64,000 nucleotides of DNA, from the NCBI GenBank assembly GCA_045602545.1, contig JAZSBR010000010.1:46352-110351 (forward strand). Direction: 5' to 3'. The translations under genes and the position numbers were made by a program. The stretch comes from Alphaproteobacteria bacterium. Lineage in GTDB: Bacteria; Pseudomonadota; Alphaproteobacteria; RF32; CAG-239. The notes under the pieces were generated by a model. The model did not search any database and was not told where the DNA came from. It saw only the letters and a program-made list of their open reading frames with translations. The first letter of the stretch is position 1. Each line of letters starts with the position of its first letter. This document shows positions 1-7,471 of this stretch, in pieces.

Positions 1-800
1 TACAGAAAAAAGATTCTCACGTTAAAATCGTTAAATTAAAGCGCAACTTCGGGCATGAAATTGCCATGACCGCCGGTATGGACCATGCCAAAGGCGATGC
101 GGTTATTTTTATGGACGCTGATTTGCAACATCCGCCGTTTTATATTCCGAAAATGATTGAGGCTTGGCAAAACGGCAAGGAAATCGTTTTAACCAAACGT
201 GTTGACAATAAAGACACCTCAAAGCTGTATAAATTGTGCGCAAAAACATTTTATTATATTTTGAACAAATTTTCCGATCAGGAAATTATGGAAAGTGCGC
301 CGGATTTTCGTCTTATTGACCGCAAATATGTTGACTTTTTGAAGAACTTTAATGAGCAAGACAGGCTTTTTCGCGGGCTTTTGAGCTGGGTTATGCCAAA
401 TGAAAATGTTGAAATTATTGATTTTGTTGCGCCTGAGCGTTTCAGCGGACAGTCAAAATACAATTTTTTGGTATCGTTACGCTTGGCAATTAACAGCATT
501 GTTCAATTTTCGGTTTTACCTCTTCGCTTGGCAACATATTTCGGACTGATTACCGCGTTTTTAGCCGTACTTTTAGGCATATATGTTTTTGCGGAACATT
601 TCTTTTTGCACAACCCTACTCCGGGTTATGCGACTTTAATGATTACGGTAATTTTCTTGGGTTCGGTACAACTTATCGCACTCGGTATTATCGGAGAATA
701 TATCGGCAAAATTCATATGGAAGTTAAGAAACGTCCGCTTTATATGGCTGACTATATTGAGCAAAAGGCAAACAAAAATGGGGATAAAAAAGATATTTAA
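1..800 (+). CDS. Family-2 glycosyltransferase of the polyprenyl-phosphate sugar transferase type (ArnC/GtrB/LgmA-like); the 5' end lies left of the window
   Basis: The frame of ORF 66..800 stays open back to base 3 (..KLKRNFGHEIAMTAGMDHAKGDAVIFMDADLQHPP, with a DAD motif). Two C-terminal hydrophobic helices match the ArnC/GtrB layout. Confidence 0.8.
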   Translation, partial: QKKDSHVKIVKLKRNFGHEIAMTAGMDHAKGDAVIFMDADLQHPPFYIPKMIEAWQNGKEIVLTKRVDNKDTSKLYKLCAKTFYYILNKFSDQEIMESAPDFRLIDRKYVDFLKNFNEQDRLFRGLLSWVMPNENVEIIDFVAPERFSGQSKYNFLVSLRLAINSIVQFSVLPLRLATYFGLITAFLAVLLGIYVFAEHFFLHNPTPGYATLMITVIFLGSVQLIALGIIGEYIGKIHMEVKKRPLYMADYIEQKANKNGDKKDI

Positions 801-1605
801 TGCCGATGATTTCGGCATAAGCAAAGGTGTTAATGCCGCTATTGTAAAGGCTCATAAAGAGGGCATATTAAACTCCGCCAGTTTAATGGTGAATCAAAAA
901 TATGCACCTCAAGCAGTTGAACTGGCTTCAGATATGCCTGATTTGGAACTGGGATTGCACCTGAATTTGACTAACGAATATCCGGCAAGTAAAAAGGAGC
1001 AAATTCCCTTGCTTGTTGACGAAGAAGGCAAGCTTAAAAACGGCTTTGTGAACCTTTTGTTGCTTTCGCTGATACATAAAAAAGAATTTTCCAAACAGGT
1101 TGAAACGGAAATCAGAGCGCAAGTTCAAAAATATTTGGATTTCGGTTTAAAACTCAATCATATTGACGGGCATCGCCATGTGCATCTTATTCCGGCGGTA
1201 TTTAAGATTGTGAAAAAAATTGCCGATGAATATAAAATCAAACGCATTCGCACAATGAACGAAAACCTGTTTAACACCATTAAACAAAACAAGGATAAAA
1301 GCTTTTTGTTTGACGGCGGGTTAATAAAATATTTTGTTCTCCGGACCTTAACTTTTTGGAACGGATACAAGAGCGATGTTTATTTTTACACTATTTTATA
1401 CACCTGCAAAATCACTAAAGAGCGATTTAACAATGTGAAAATTCCGAGCGGATATAAGGCGGTTGAAATTATGATTCACCCCGGCATGCCGGAAATTGAT
1501 TGCAAATATTTGAGCGATGTGTGGGATGCCAATATCTTAGATAATTATCGCGCAAAAGAGTTGGAAACATTGCTTGATAAAGATGTGCTTAACGGGATAA
1601 ATTAA
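778..1605 (+). CDS. ChbG/HpnK (YdjC) family carbohydrate deacetylase
   Basis: MGIKKIFNADDFGISKGVNAAI..SASLMVN..HIDGHRHVHLIP is the YdjC-family signature. ATG 778 is preferred as the start, but 757 is possible. Confidence 0.75.
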   Translation: MGIKKIFNADDFGISKGVNAAIVKAHKEGILNSASLMVNQKYAPQAVELASDMPDLELGLHLNLTNEYPASKKEQIPLLVDEEGKLKNGFVNLLLLSLIHKKEFSKQVETEIRAQVQKYLDFGLKLNHIDGHRHVHLIPAVFKIVKKIADEYKIKRIRTMNENLFNTIKQNKDKSFLFDGGLIKYFVLRTLTFWNGYKSDVYFYTILYTCKITKERFNNVKIPSGYKAVEIMIHPGMPEIDCKYLSDVWDANILDNYRAKELETLLDKDVLNGIN

Positions 1606-1606
1606 G

Positions 1607-2077
1607 ATGATTAAGACTTTTATAAAGCTTTATCTTTGGGCGGAAAACATCTGGTTTAAGTTTCCGCAAAAGCTGAGATTTTTACTTGTCGGCGGCTTCA
1701 ATACCGTGTTTTCATATGCTGTCTTTTTCTCGCTTTATTGGCTTTTCAGCAACTTAAATATTTGGAATTTTGATAAAATCATAGTATCAAATGCGGCGCT
1801 TGTTGTTCAATATTGCATAACAATAAACTTATCGTTTATCACCATGCGCTATTATGTTTTCCAAAGTCACGGAAATTGGAAAACAGAGCTTTTAAAGGCC
1901 TGGAGTGTCTATGTCAGCCTGCTTTTCATCAATGCTCCGGTCATCAGTTTTTTGATTTGGCTCGGCATACATCCGTTATTGGCGCAAGCGCTTTATTTAA
2001 CCTTTTCAACCATTATCACCTTTTTATTGCATAAATACTATTCGTTTAGAAAAGCAGAACCTTCGGTGGCAGAATAA
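1607..2077 (+). CDS. GtrA-family small membrane protein
   Basis: 156 aa with four hydrophobic helices. The N-terminus KLRFLLVGGFNTVFSYAVFF is typical of the GtrA family. The gene abuts the deacetylase gene. Confidence 0.75.
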   Translation: MIKTFIKLYLWAENIWFKFPQKLRFLLVGGFNTVFSYAVFFSLYWLFSNLNIWNFDKIIVSNAALVVQYCITINLSFITMRYYVFQSHGNWKTELLKAWSVYVSLLFINAPVISFLIWLGIHPLLAQALYLTFSTIITFLLHKYYSFRKAEPSVAE

Positions 2078-2109
2078 AAAAATAATCTTAAATTTAAAGA
2101 CAAATTCAC

Positions 2110-2138
2110 TTGAAATCTAAAAAGATTTAGGCTATATT
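2110..2138 (+). promoter_or_regulatory. Sigma-70-type promoter for ssrA
   Basis: TTGAAA (2110-2115), 17-nt spacer, TATATT (2133-2138). Confidence 0.5.
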
Positions 2139-2140
2139 GA

Positions 2141-2420
2141 GGGTGTCAGTTTTTGCTGACTGTGACACCAGAGGCCTTATGAAATAGGTGTGTCGGACCC
2201 GAGGGCAGTACTCGGCACCTCCACCATATATGGGGGTGAAACAGGTTTGACGGTGCTCAATAAAGATATGTGTTGTGTCCGGTGAGATACCACCGTTATC
2301 GGTTCAAAATAAATGAATGCAAATGACAATTTTGCACCTGTTGCTGTAGCTGCTTAATAAGGCAAAAGCAACAAAATCAAATTCTTTAAGCTATGGTTAG
2401 CATAAAGTGGGGGATGAGCC
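2141..2420 (+). ncRNA. ssrA: Circularly permuted (two-piece) tmRNA; the outer boundaries are approximate
   Basis: The acceptor piece ends ..CACCTCC-A-CCA at 2216-2226. The coding piece starts GGGGGTGAAACAGGTTTGACGG at 2232. GGGGGUG pairs with CACCUCC to give a G3:U70 pair. The tag reading frame gca aat gac aat ttt gca cct gtt gct gta gct gct taa taa (2319-2360) encodes ANDNFAPVAVAA. Confidence 0.85.
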
Positions 2421-2466
2421 ACCCAGCAACAGAACGGCTCTTAACTTTATCAATAAGGGAAGAAAA

Positions 2467-2916
2467 ATGGTTAAGTTTGTTGAGAACATAAATTATGACG
2501 AGTTGGTGGAAAAATCACTGCGCAATGTCGTTTACTATGCCCTAAAGATTGTTGAAGAACAAGGTTTACCTGGCGAAAACCATTTTTATATAACTTTTAA
2601 GACCAATTATGCCGGAGTTATTGTTTCAAAAAATTTGAAAGCACAATATCCGGAAACAATGACGATTGTTTTGCAAAATCAGTTTGAAAATTTAACCGTT
2701 CGCCTTAATAATTTTTCGGTTGATTTAAGTTTTGGCGGCATTCCGCAGACGCTGACAATTCCGTTTGAAGCAATCACCTATTTTGCCGATCCGTATGCCA
2801 AATTCGGCTTAAGTTTCAGTTTGGATGATGCCGAGCCTGAAAGCATTGCCGCGCCTGAGGCTCCGCAAGGACAAACAGCGGAGGTTGTATCTATTGACAG
2901 TTTCCGGAAGAGATAA
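2467..2916 (+). CDS. sspB: SspB-like ClpXP adaptor (alphaproteobacterial type)
   Basis: YDELVEKSLRNVVYYALKIVEEQGLPGENHFYITFKTNYAGV..YPETMTIVLQNQF..FADP..FGLSF matches the alpha-type SspB core, and the C-terminal tail is acidic. The SD AAGGGA precedes ATG 2467. Confidence 0.7.
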   Translation: MVKFVENINYDELVEKSLRNVVYYALKIVEEQGLPGENHFYITFKTNYAGVIVSKNLKAQYPETMTIVLQNQFENLTVRLNNFSVDLSFGGIPQTLTIPFEAITYFADPYAKFGLSFSLDDAEPESIAAPEAPQGQTAEVVSIDSFRKR

Positions 2917-3123
2917 ATGCGCAAAATTTCCGTTTTAATTGCCGGTCAACATTCCACCAGTATTTCGTTGGAAGAAGAGTTTTTAGCGGAACTAAAAAAG
3001 ATAGCAACTAAGGAAAAAATCAGCTTAAATGAGCTGATAACAAAAATAGATTCGGAGCGCAAAACCACTAACCTTTCCAGCGCAATCAGGTTGTATGTTT
3101 TGGATTTTTATAAAAATAAGTAA
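2917..3123 (+). CDS. Ribbon-helix-helix (RHH_4-like) small protein
   Basis: 68 aa. The pattern GQHSTSISLEEEFLAELKKIA..SLNELI..SSAIRLYVL resembles the alphaproteobacterial RHH_4 family. Confidence 0.55.
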   Translation: MRKISVLIAGQHSTSISLEEEFLAELKKIATKEKISLNELITKIDSERKTTNLSSAIRLYVLDFYKNK

Positions 3124-3166
3124 GCTTTTCCCTCCCCGCATCTTTGCGATGCTTTTATTTTTTTCC

Positions 3167-3485
3167 TTTACAATCACAAAATTTTTTGCTAGCATAAATG
3201 CAGAATGGTTTTTTACCATTTCAAGAACCTTCGGGTTCGGGGCTGTCGTAGGCTCTTTGTTCTGAGTGATACACTATAAATGGTATCACTTTGTGATGCT
3301 GTTTTTTTTGTATCAAAATCCCCGCATTGGTTGGGGAGATTATAGCGTATGTTCAGGCTTGTTTTTCAAGCTAAAGGCTATAATAGTCATTGCTCAGAAC
3401 ATGATTTACGAACTCCCCGCCCACTGATTGAAAAACAGAGGGCATTTAAATTTTAAAAACAACCTTTTTAATGGGAGATAATAAA
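3167..3485 (+). promoter_or_regulatory. Promoter plus long structured 5' leader of LRR paralog 1
   Basis: TTTACA (3167-3172), 17 nt, extended -10 TGCTAGCAT (3187-3195). The first hairpin AATGGT/ACCATT is shared with the leaders at 44450 and 10961(-). Several further hairpins follow over ~270 nt before the SD GGGAGA. Confidence 0.55.
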
Positions 3486-4703
3486 ATGATAAATTTGAAA
3501 AATAAATCCGCTGTCATCTTGAACCCCGAACGAAGTGAGTGGGTGTCAAGATCTCATGTTACAGGTGTAGAGATTGTTGTTAATGACGGAGTTAAAACGA
3601 AACGTTACTCTGCAAAAAGAGATCTTTACGCCCGCTCGCCTAACGGCTCGAGGCTCAAGATGACTGCTCCGGCGTCGTGCCGTAAGGCACATAAACGCCG
3701 CTTCATATTTAATCCATGGATTCTTCGTTTCGTTTGTACTCCACTCAGAATGACGATTCCGACCCTTGCCCTCACTTTCATCCTTATCGCCACCACCGAA
3801 TCGTATGCGGAAGTTGTTAAAACATGGTCTTGCGGTGCGGTTTGCACAGCAAGTTTGGATTCTGATGGACTATTAACAATTTCGGGAACTGGAGCAATGA
3901 ATAATTATAGTACCACATATACAGATAATACTCGAACAAATGCACCATGGGGTTCTGATGAATACAGACTAGCCATTAAATCAATTAAGATAGATGATGG
4001 TATAACTTCAATTGGACATAGCGCTTTTAAGGGATTAAAAGAAGTAAAAACAGCTCAAATTAGTGACACTGTTAAAAATATAGGAGCTTATTCTTTTGCT
4101 TATAGCGGTTTAAATTCAGTTAATGTTCCTGATTCTGTACAAAGTGTTGGTATTTCATCCTTCAGCAGTTTTACCCCAAGTTGGTCTTTGGCATTAAAAG
4201 AAATGGTGATACCTGATAGCATAACATCAGCGCAAGTTGATCAGATTTTTATAAATTCAAGAGAGGGTAATAATAGTAGCTTGCCAACCATACGCTGTTT
4301 AGGTGATAAAGAAAAATGTCAAAACGCTTTAAATAAATATTTACCAACATCTGTTGGAGGAAGTTGCTCATCAAAATGTTTAAGTGCAAAGGTTAATATT
4401 TTACCCGTTATAGATGAAAAGCAATGCTTAGGTAAATACATATGGAAAAATCAAACATGCACAGCTATGTCAGAAAAAGAATGCAATAATGTTTCAAAAT
4501 ATTATTATGATGGAAAGGAATGCAAGAACAGACCTTCAAACAATATAATAGAATGCAATTATGAATATAGCGGTTATATTAAAGTCGGCAATTATTGCGC
4601 TTCACCTGAAGAAACTTATGCTAAAAAGCATTACACCCCGGCGGAAGCGAACAAGTGGCTAAATGATGATGATAACTATGTTATTTTAACATTTAAAAAG
4701 TAA
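3486..4703 (+). CDS. Secreted BspA-type leucine-rich-repeat protein, paralog 1 of 4; the true N-terminus is uncertain
   Basis: LRR_5-like repeats (ITSIGHSAFKGLKEV.., VKNIGAYSFAYSGL.., VQSVGISSF). The C-terminal part is Cys-rich and the protein ends YTPAEANKWLNDDDNYVILTFKK. A signal-peptide-like MTIPTLALTFILIATTESYA starts only at 3750. Alternative starts are 3471 and 3750. Confidence 0.7.
   Translation: MINLKNKSAVILNPERSEWVSRSHVTGVEIVVNDGVKTKRYSAKRDLYARSPNGSRLKMTAPASCRKAHKRRFIFNPWILRFVCTPLRMTIPTLALTFILIATTESYAEVVKTWSCGAVCTASLDSDGLLTISGTGAMNNYSTTYTDNTRTNAPWGSDEYRLAIKSIKIDDGITSIGHSAFKGLKEVKTAQISDTVKNIGAYSFAYSGLNSVNVPDSVQSVGISSFSSFTPSWSLALKEMVIPDSITSAQVDQIFINSREGNNSSLPTIRCLGDKEKCQNALNKYLPTSVGGSCSSKCLSAKVNILPVIDEKQCLGKYIWKNQTCTAMSEKECNNVSKYYYDGKECKNRPSNNIIECNYEYSGYIKVGNYCASPEETYAKKHYTPAEANKWLNDDDNYVILTFKK
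3511..3760 (+). repeat. Block of GC-rich nested-palindrome repeat elements lying in frame inside the 5' end of the LRR paralog 1 ORF
   Basis: GTCATCTTGAACC..GGTGTCAAGATC, and CGGCGTCGTGCCGTAAGGCACATAAACGCCGCTTC (homologous to CGGCGCAGTGACGCAAGTCACATAACGCGCCGCTTC in the 19319 repeat). The block ends in GAATGACGATTCC. Confidence 0.65.
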
Positions 4704-4984
4704 GAGCATTAAAAAATCATCATACATCATAAGCTTTTGAGCTCAATCAAAAGCTTATGATGCCTCCGCCTCAAAGGCTGGCATTAAAGGGCTTTGATTT
4801 TATCAGAGTCCTTTAATGCCAGATGGAAAAAGTCACTTATTTTGGCGCAACTTTTATTATTTTTAAATTTTCCCCTTCCTATTTTAAGGACCTTTTGAAA
4901 GATTAACACAAAAATGTGAAAAAAAATAAAAAAAGTGCTTGCATTTTAAAATTTATGTGTTATTAAATATCTCGTTCGCATGAT

Positions 4985-5059
4985 GCGGGTATAGCTCAGG
5001 GGTAGAGCGCAACCTTGCCAAGGTTGATGTCGTGGGTCCGAATCCCATTGCCCGCTCCA
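4985..5059 (+). tRNA. tRNA-Gly (anticodon GCC), CCA encoded
   Basis: A cloverleaf can be folded by hand: acceptor GCGGGTA/TGCCCGC, anticodon stem CAACC/GGTTG with loop TTGCCAA, T arm GTGGG/CCCAT. Confidence 0.9.
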
Positions 5060-5072
5060 ATTAAAACAAGAA

Positions 5073-5099
5073 AAGCTCCCTTTAGTGGGGCTTTTTTTT
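5073..5099 (+). terminator. Intrinsic terminator after tRNA-Gly
   Basis: AGCTCC..GGGGCT hairpin followed by a T8 run. Confidence 0.6.
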
Positions 5100-5125
5100 G
5101 TTTTAAAGATTAGCGGCAAAGGATG

Positions 5126-5172
5126 AGGACCCACGAAGGAGTGGTCCGACCACAAGCGAGAGGCAGACTTTA
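5126..5172 (+). repeat. 47-bp direct repeat, copy 1
   Basis: AGGACCCACGAAGGAGTGGTCCGACCACAAGCGAGAGGCAGACTTTA is identical to 5290-5336. Confidence 0.9.
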
Positions 5173-5217
5173 GGATGCCGGTGAGCAATAGCGAACGAGC
5201 GTAATGGAGGCAAAGCC

Positions 5218-5238
5218 AATCCCATTGCCCGCTCCAAT
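5218..5238 (+). repeat. Second copy of the tRNA-Gly 3' end (21 bp)
   Basis: AATCCCATTGCCCGCTCCAAT is identical to 5041-5061 inside and after the tRNA. It is followed by its own hairpin plus T-run (5244-5275). Confidence 0.9.
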
Positions 5239-5289
5239 AACAAATGAGGTCGCCTTTATGGCGGCCTCATTTTTTATTTAAATGGGAGT

Positions 5290-5336
5290 AGGACCCACGA
5301 AGGAGTGGTCCGACCACAAGCGAGAGGCAGACTTTA
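5290..5336 (+). repeat. 47-bp direct repeat, copy 2
   Basis: Identical to 5126-5172. Confidence 0.9.
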
Positions 5337-5490
5337 AGTCGAACTAACCCCAGCCTTTTCTAAAGCTAAATTTATATTTTTTCGAAATGAATGGAAATCG
5401 TGACCATCTGATGTAGGTTTTTTTCTTTGTTTCTTTTTAACATCTATGTTCTCGTTATACGCCTGATTTTCATTTTTAAATATCCGTACA

Positions 5491-5530
5491 AAAACAAAAA
5501 AACCGAGCGTTATTGCTCGGCTTTTTTTTT
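5491..5530. terminator. Bidirectional intrinsic terminator
   Basis: A-run, CCGAGC gttatt GCTCGG, T-run. It overlaps the stop codon of the minus-strand lipoprotein gene. Confidence 0.65.
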
Positions 5531-6200
5531 AGATATCAACCACGCCTACCGGCACGGCTGGATTCTTCTTTTTCAAGGCTTTAACAGCACTACTCGTAGA
5601 TTCCTGATCATATCGACCACCATCGTGACCAATCATGGTCCAAGCGCCGTCGCGGAAGCAGAGCTTGTCATAACTACCATCTTCTTTGAGATCAACGATG
5701 TAGATTTTTTCGTACGATACATCGGTGAGGAAATCTCCATCAAGATTGCGCAAGCTCCACAACCCCTTTGGGGTTTTTGTAAAAACCTTGTTGTGATCAA
5801 TTACGAATTCGTCTTTGGCAAAGGTGCCAATCACAACACCATTCTTGGTGTAGAGCATTGTCTTACCGGCCTTGGCGAAATGGACGATGTCACCATCAAC
5901 CTTATAGGCTTCATATCCACCAGAACCACGCTCGTTGCCGTCCTTGGTGAATATGCTGAAGGTTTTACCTGTGTAGGCAAGGACAAGATCCAGAGCCTTT
6001 TCGTAGGTAATCTTCGAGAACACCCCATCTGTGACAGGCGAATACTGCTCGCCGTACTTTTTAACGAGTTGGAAGCCGCCTTCTACCTGCTCGGCGTAGA
6101 TGTCACCGACAACCTGGTTTTTCACTGTTTCCTGCTCACCGCAGCTTACGAATGTGAGCGTTGCTATCGCAACCACTGCACAGAAAATAATTTTTTTCAT
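5529..6200 (-). CDS. Lipoprotein of unknown function with compositionally atypical coding sequence
   Basis: MKKIIFCAVVAIATLTFVSCGEQE has a signal peptide plus lipobox. C/G-ending codons are visibly more frequent than in neighbouring genes. A host-type promoter TTGACA-N17-TATAAA lies upstream on the minus strand (~6245-6275). Confidence 0.7.
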   Translation of the reverse strand: MKKIIFCAVVAIATLTFVSCGEQETVKNQVVGDIYAEQVEGGFQLVKKYGEQYSPVTDGVFSKITYEKALDLVLAYTGKTFSIFTKDGNERGSGGYEAYKVDGDIVHFAKAGKTMLYTKNGVVIGTFAKDEFVIDHNKVFTKTPKGLWSLRNLDGDFLTDVSYEKIYIVDLKEDGSYDKLCFRDGAWTMIGHDGGRYDQESTSSAVKALKKKNPAVPVGVVDI

Positions 6201-6381
6201 AATTTTTTTTGTTTAAATGTTAGACATAAATATAATAAAATCTAAAAATCTTTATACGCTATTTTTTTTGCTTTGTCAACCCCTTTTTGTCAAAAAAATA
6301 AAAAAATTTAAAAACTGTGCAAAAAAGACTTGATTATTTTTTGAATATATAATAAAGCTATGTTGTTTTACAAATGACTTT

Positions 6382-6467
6382 GCGGCCATGGCGGAATTGG
6401 TAGACGCGTAACGTTGAGGTCGTTATGGGCTAAGCCCGTGGAAGTTCAAGTCTTCTTGGCCGCACCA
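6382..6467 (+). tRNA. tRNA-Leu (anticodon GAG), long variable arm, CCA encoded
   Basis: Acceptor GCGGCCA/TGGCCGC, anticodon stem TAACG/CGTTA with loop TTGAGGT. Confidence 0.85.
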
Positions 6468-6517
6468 TTTGAAAACTTACTTTGAGTTGAAAACCAAAAA
6501 TCAAAGGAGTGCCGTAA

Positions 6518-7471
6518 ATGCTTAAAATTTATAAAACCGAAGAAGCCGGCAAATTGGTGAAACTCAAAAAATCTAAAACAATTTCAAAATCTTGGTTCAG
6601 CCTTATAAACCCGTCAGCAGAAGAGATTCGGCAGGTTTCTCAGCTTTTGAAGGTCGATTCGGATATTTTGCGCAATTCTTTGGATGCCGATGAACGTTCG
6701 CGAGTCGAGCTTGATGAAGGCATATTTTCAACCATCGTGAATTTACCGCTTTTGGATGAAGACGGAAATTTTGATACTTTACCTTGCGGTCTGGTATTCA
6801 GCGGTGATAATTTTTTGACGATTTGTTCGCGTGATAATCGTATTTTGAGTTCGTTTAATAAAAATACCGCCAAAACATTTGATACTCGTGAGCGCACAAA
6901 ATTTATGCTCTCGATTCTTTATAAGATTACGCAGTTTTATTTGCGCTATCTGGCAATTATCAACCGCAAAACCGAACACATTGAAGACGCATTGAAGCAA
7001 ACCACTCATAATGAAGAATTGTTTGATTTGATGGAAATTCAAAAATCTCTCGTCTACTTCACCACGGCTTTGCGCGATAATCAGCTCGTTTTGGAAAAAA
7101 TCCTGCGTATGACCAAATCTCCGGCAAGCGCGCGTCTCCTTGCCTTTACCGAAGATGATACCGATTTGTTGGAAGATGTTATCGTTGAAAACAAACAAGC
7201 TATTGAAATGGTTGATATGCATCGCTCAATTTTAGAGGGTATGATGGATGGTTTCGCCTCTATTATCAACAATAACTTGAACCAAATCATGAAGTTTTTG
7301 GCCGCCATCACGATTGTTTTATCTATCCCGACCATGCTCGGAACATTCTGGGGAATGAATGTTGCAGTGCCGTTTGCCAATATGACATACGGATTCGGTG
7401 CAGTTATCTCGCTTTCACTTTTGGGTACTTTGATTGTTATTCTCTTTTTCAAGAAAAAAGGTATGTTTTAA
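6518..7471 (+). CDS. corA: CorA-family magnesium/cobalt transporter
   Basis: 317 aa. A GMN motif (TFWGMNVAVPF) sits between two C-terminal TM helices. Confidence 0.8.
   Translation: MLKIYKTEEAGKLVKLKKSKTISKSWFSLINPSAEEIRQVSQLLKVDSDILRNSLDADERSRVELDEGIFSTIVNLPLLDEDGNFDTLPCGLVFSGDNFLTICSRDNRILSSFNKNTAKTFDTRERTKFMLSILYKITQFYLRYLAIINRKTEHIEDALKQTTHNEELFDLMEIQKSLVYFTTALRDNQLVLEKILRMTKSPASARLLAFTEDDTDLLEDVIVENKQAIEMVDMHRSILEGMMDGFASIINNNLNQIMKFLAAITIVLSIPTMLGTFWGMNVAVPFANMTYGFGAVISLSLLGTLIVILFFKKKGMF

Noticed and set aside
3138-3165. Possible intrinsic terminator after the RHH gene (GCATC tttgc GATGC plus a T-run).
   Set aside because: The stem is only 5 bp, which is too weak to list as a feature, although the T-run is long.
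4946-5188. 80-aa minus-strand ORF overlapping tRNA-Gly.
   Set aside because: It is simply the antisense translation of the tRNA and its terminator/repeat region. It has no SD and no coding features.
5427-6245. 272-aa plus-strand ORF opposite the lipoprotein gene.
   Set aside because: The minus-strand frame has a signal peptide plus lipobox, a promoter and a terminator. The plus-strand ORF is a shadow frame with a low-complexity, implausible sequence.
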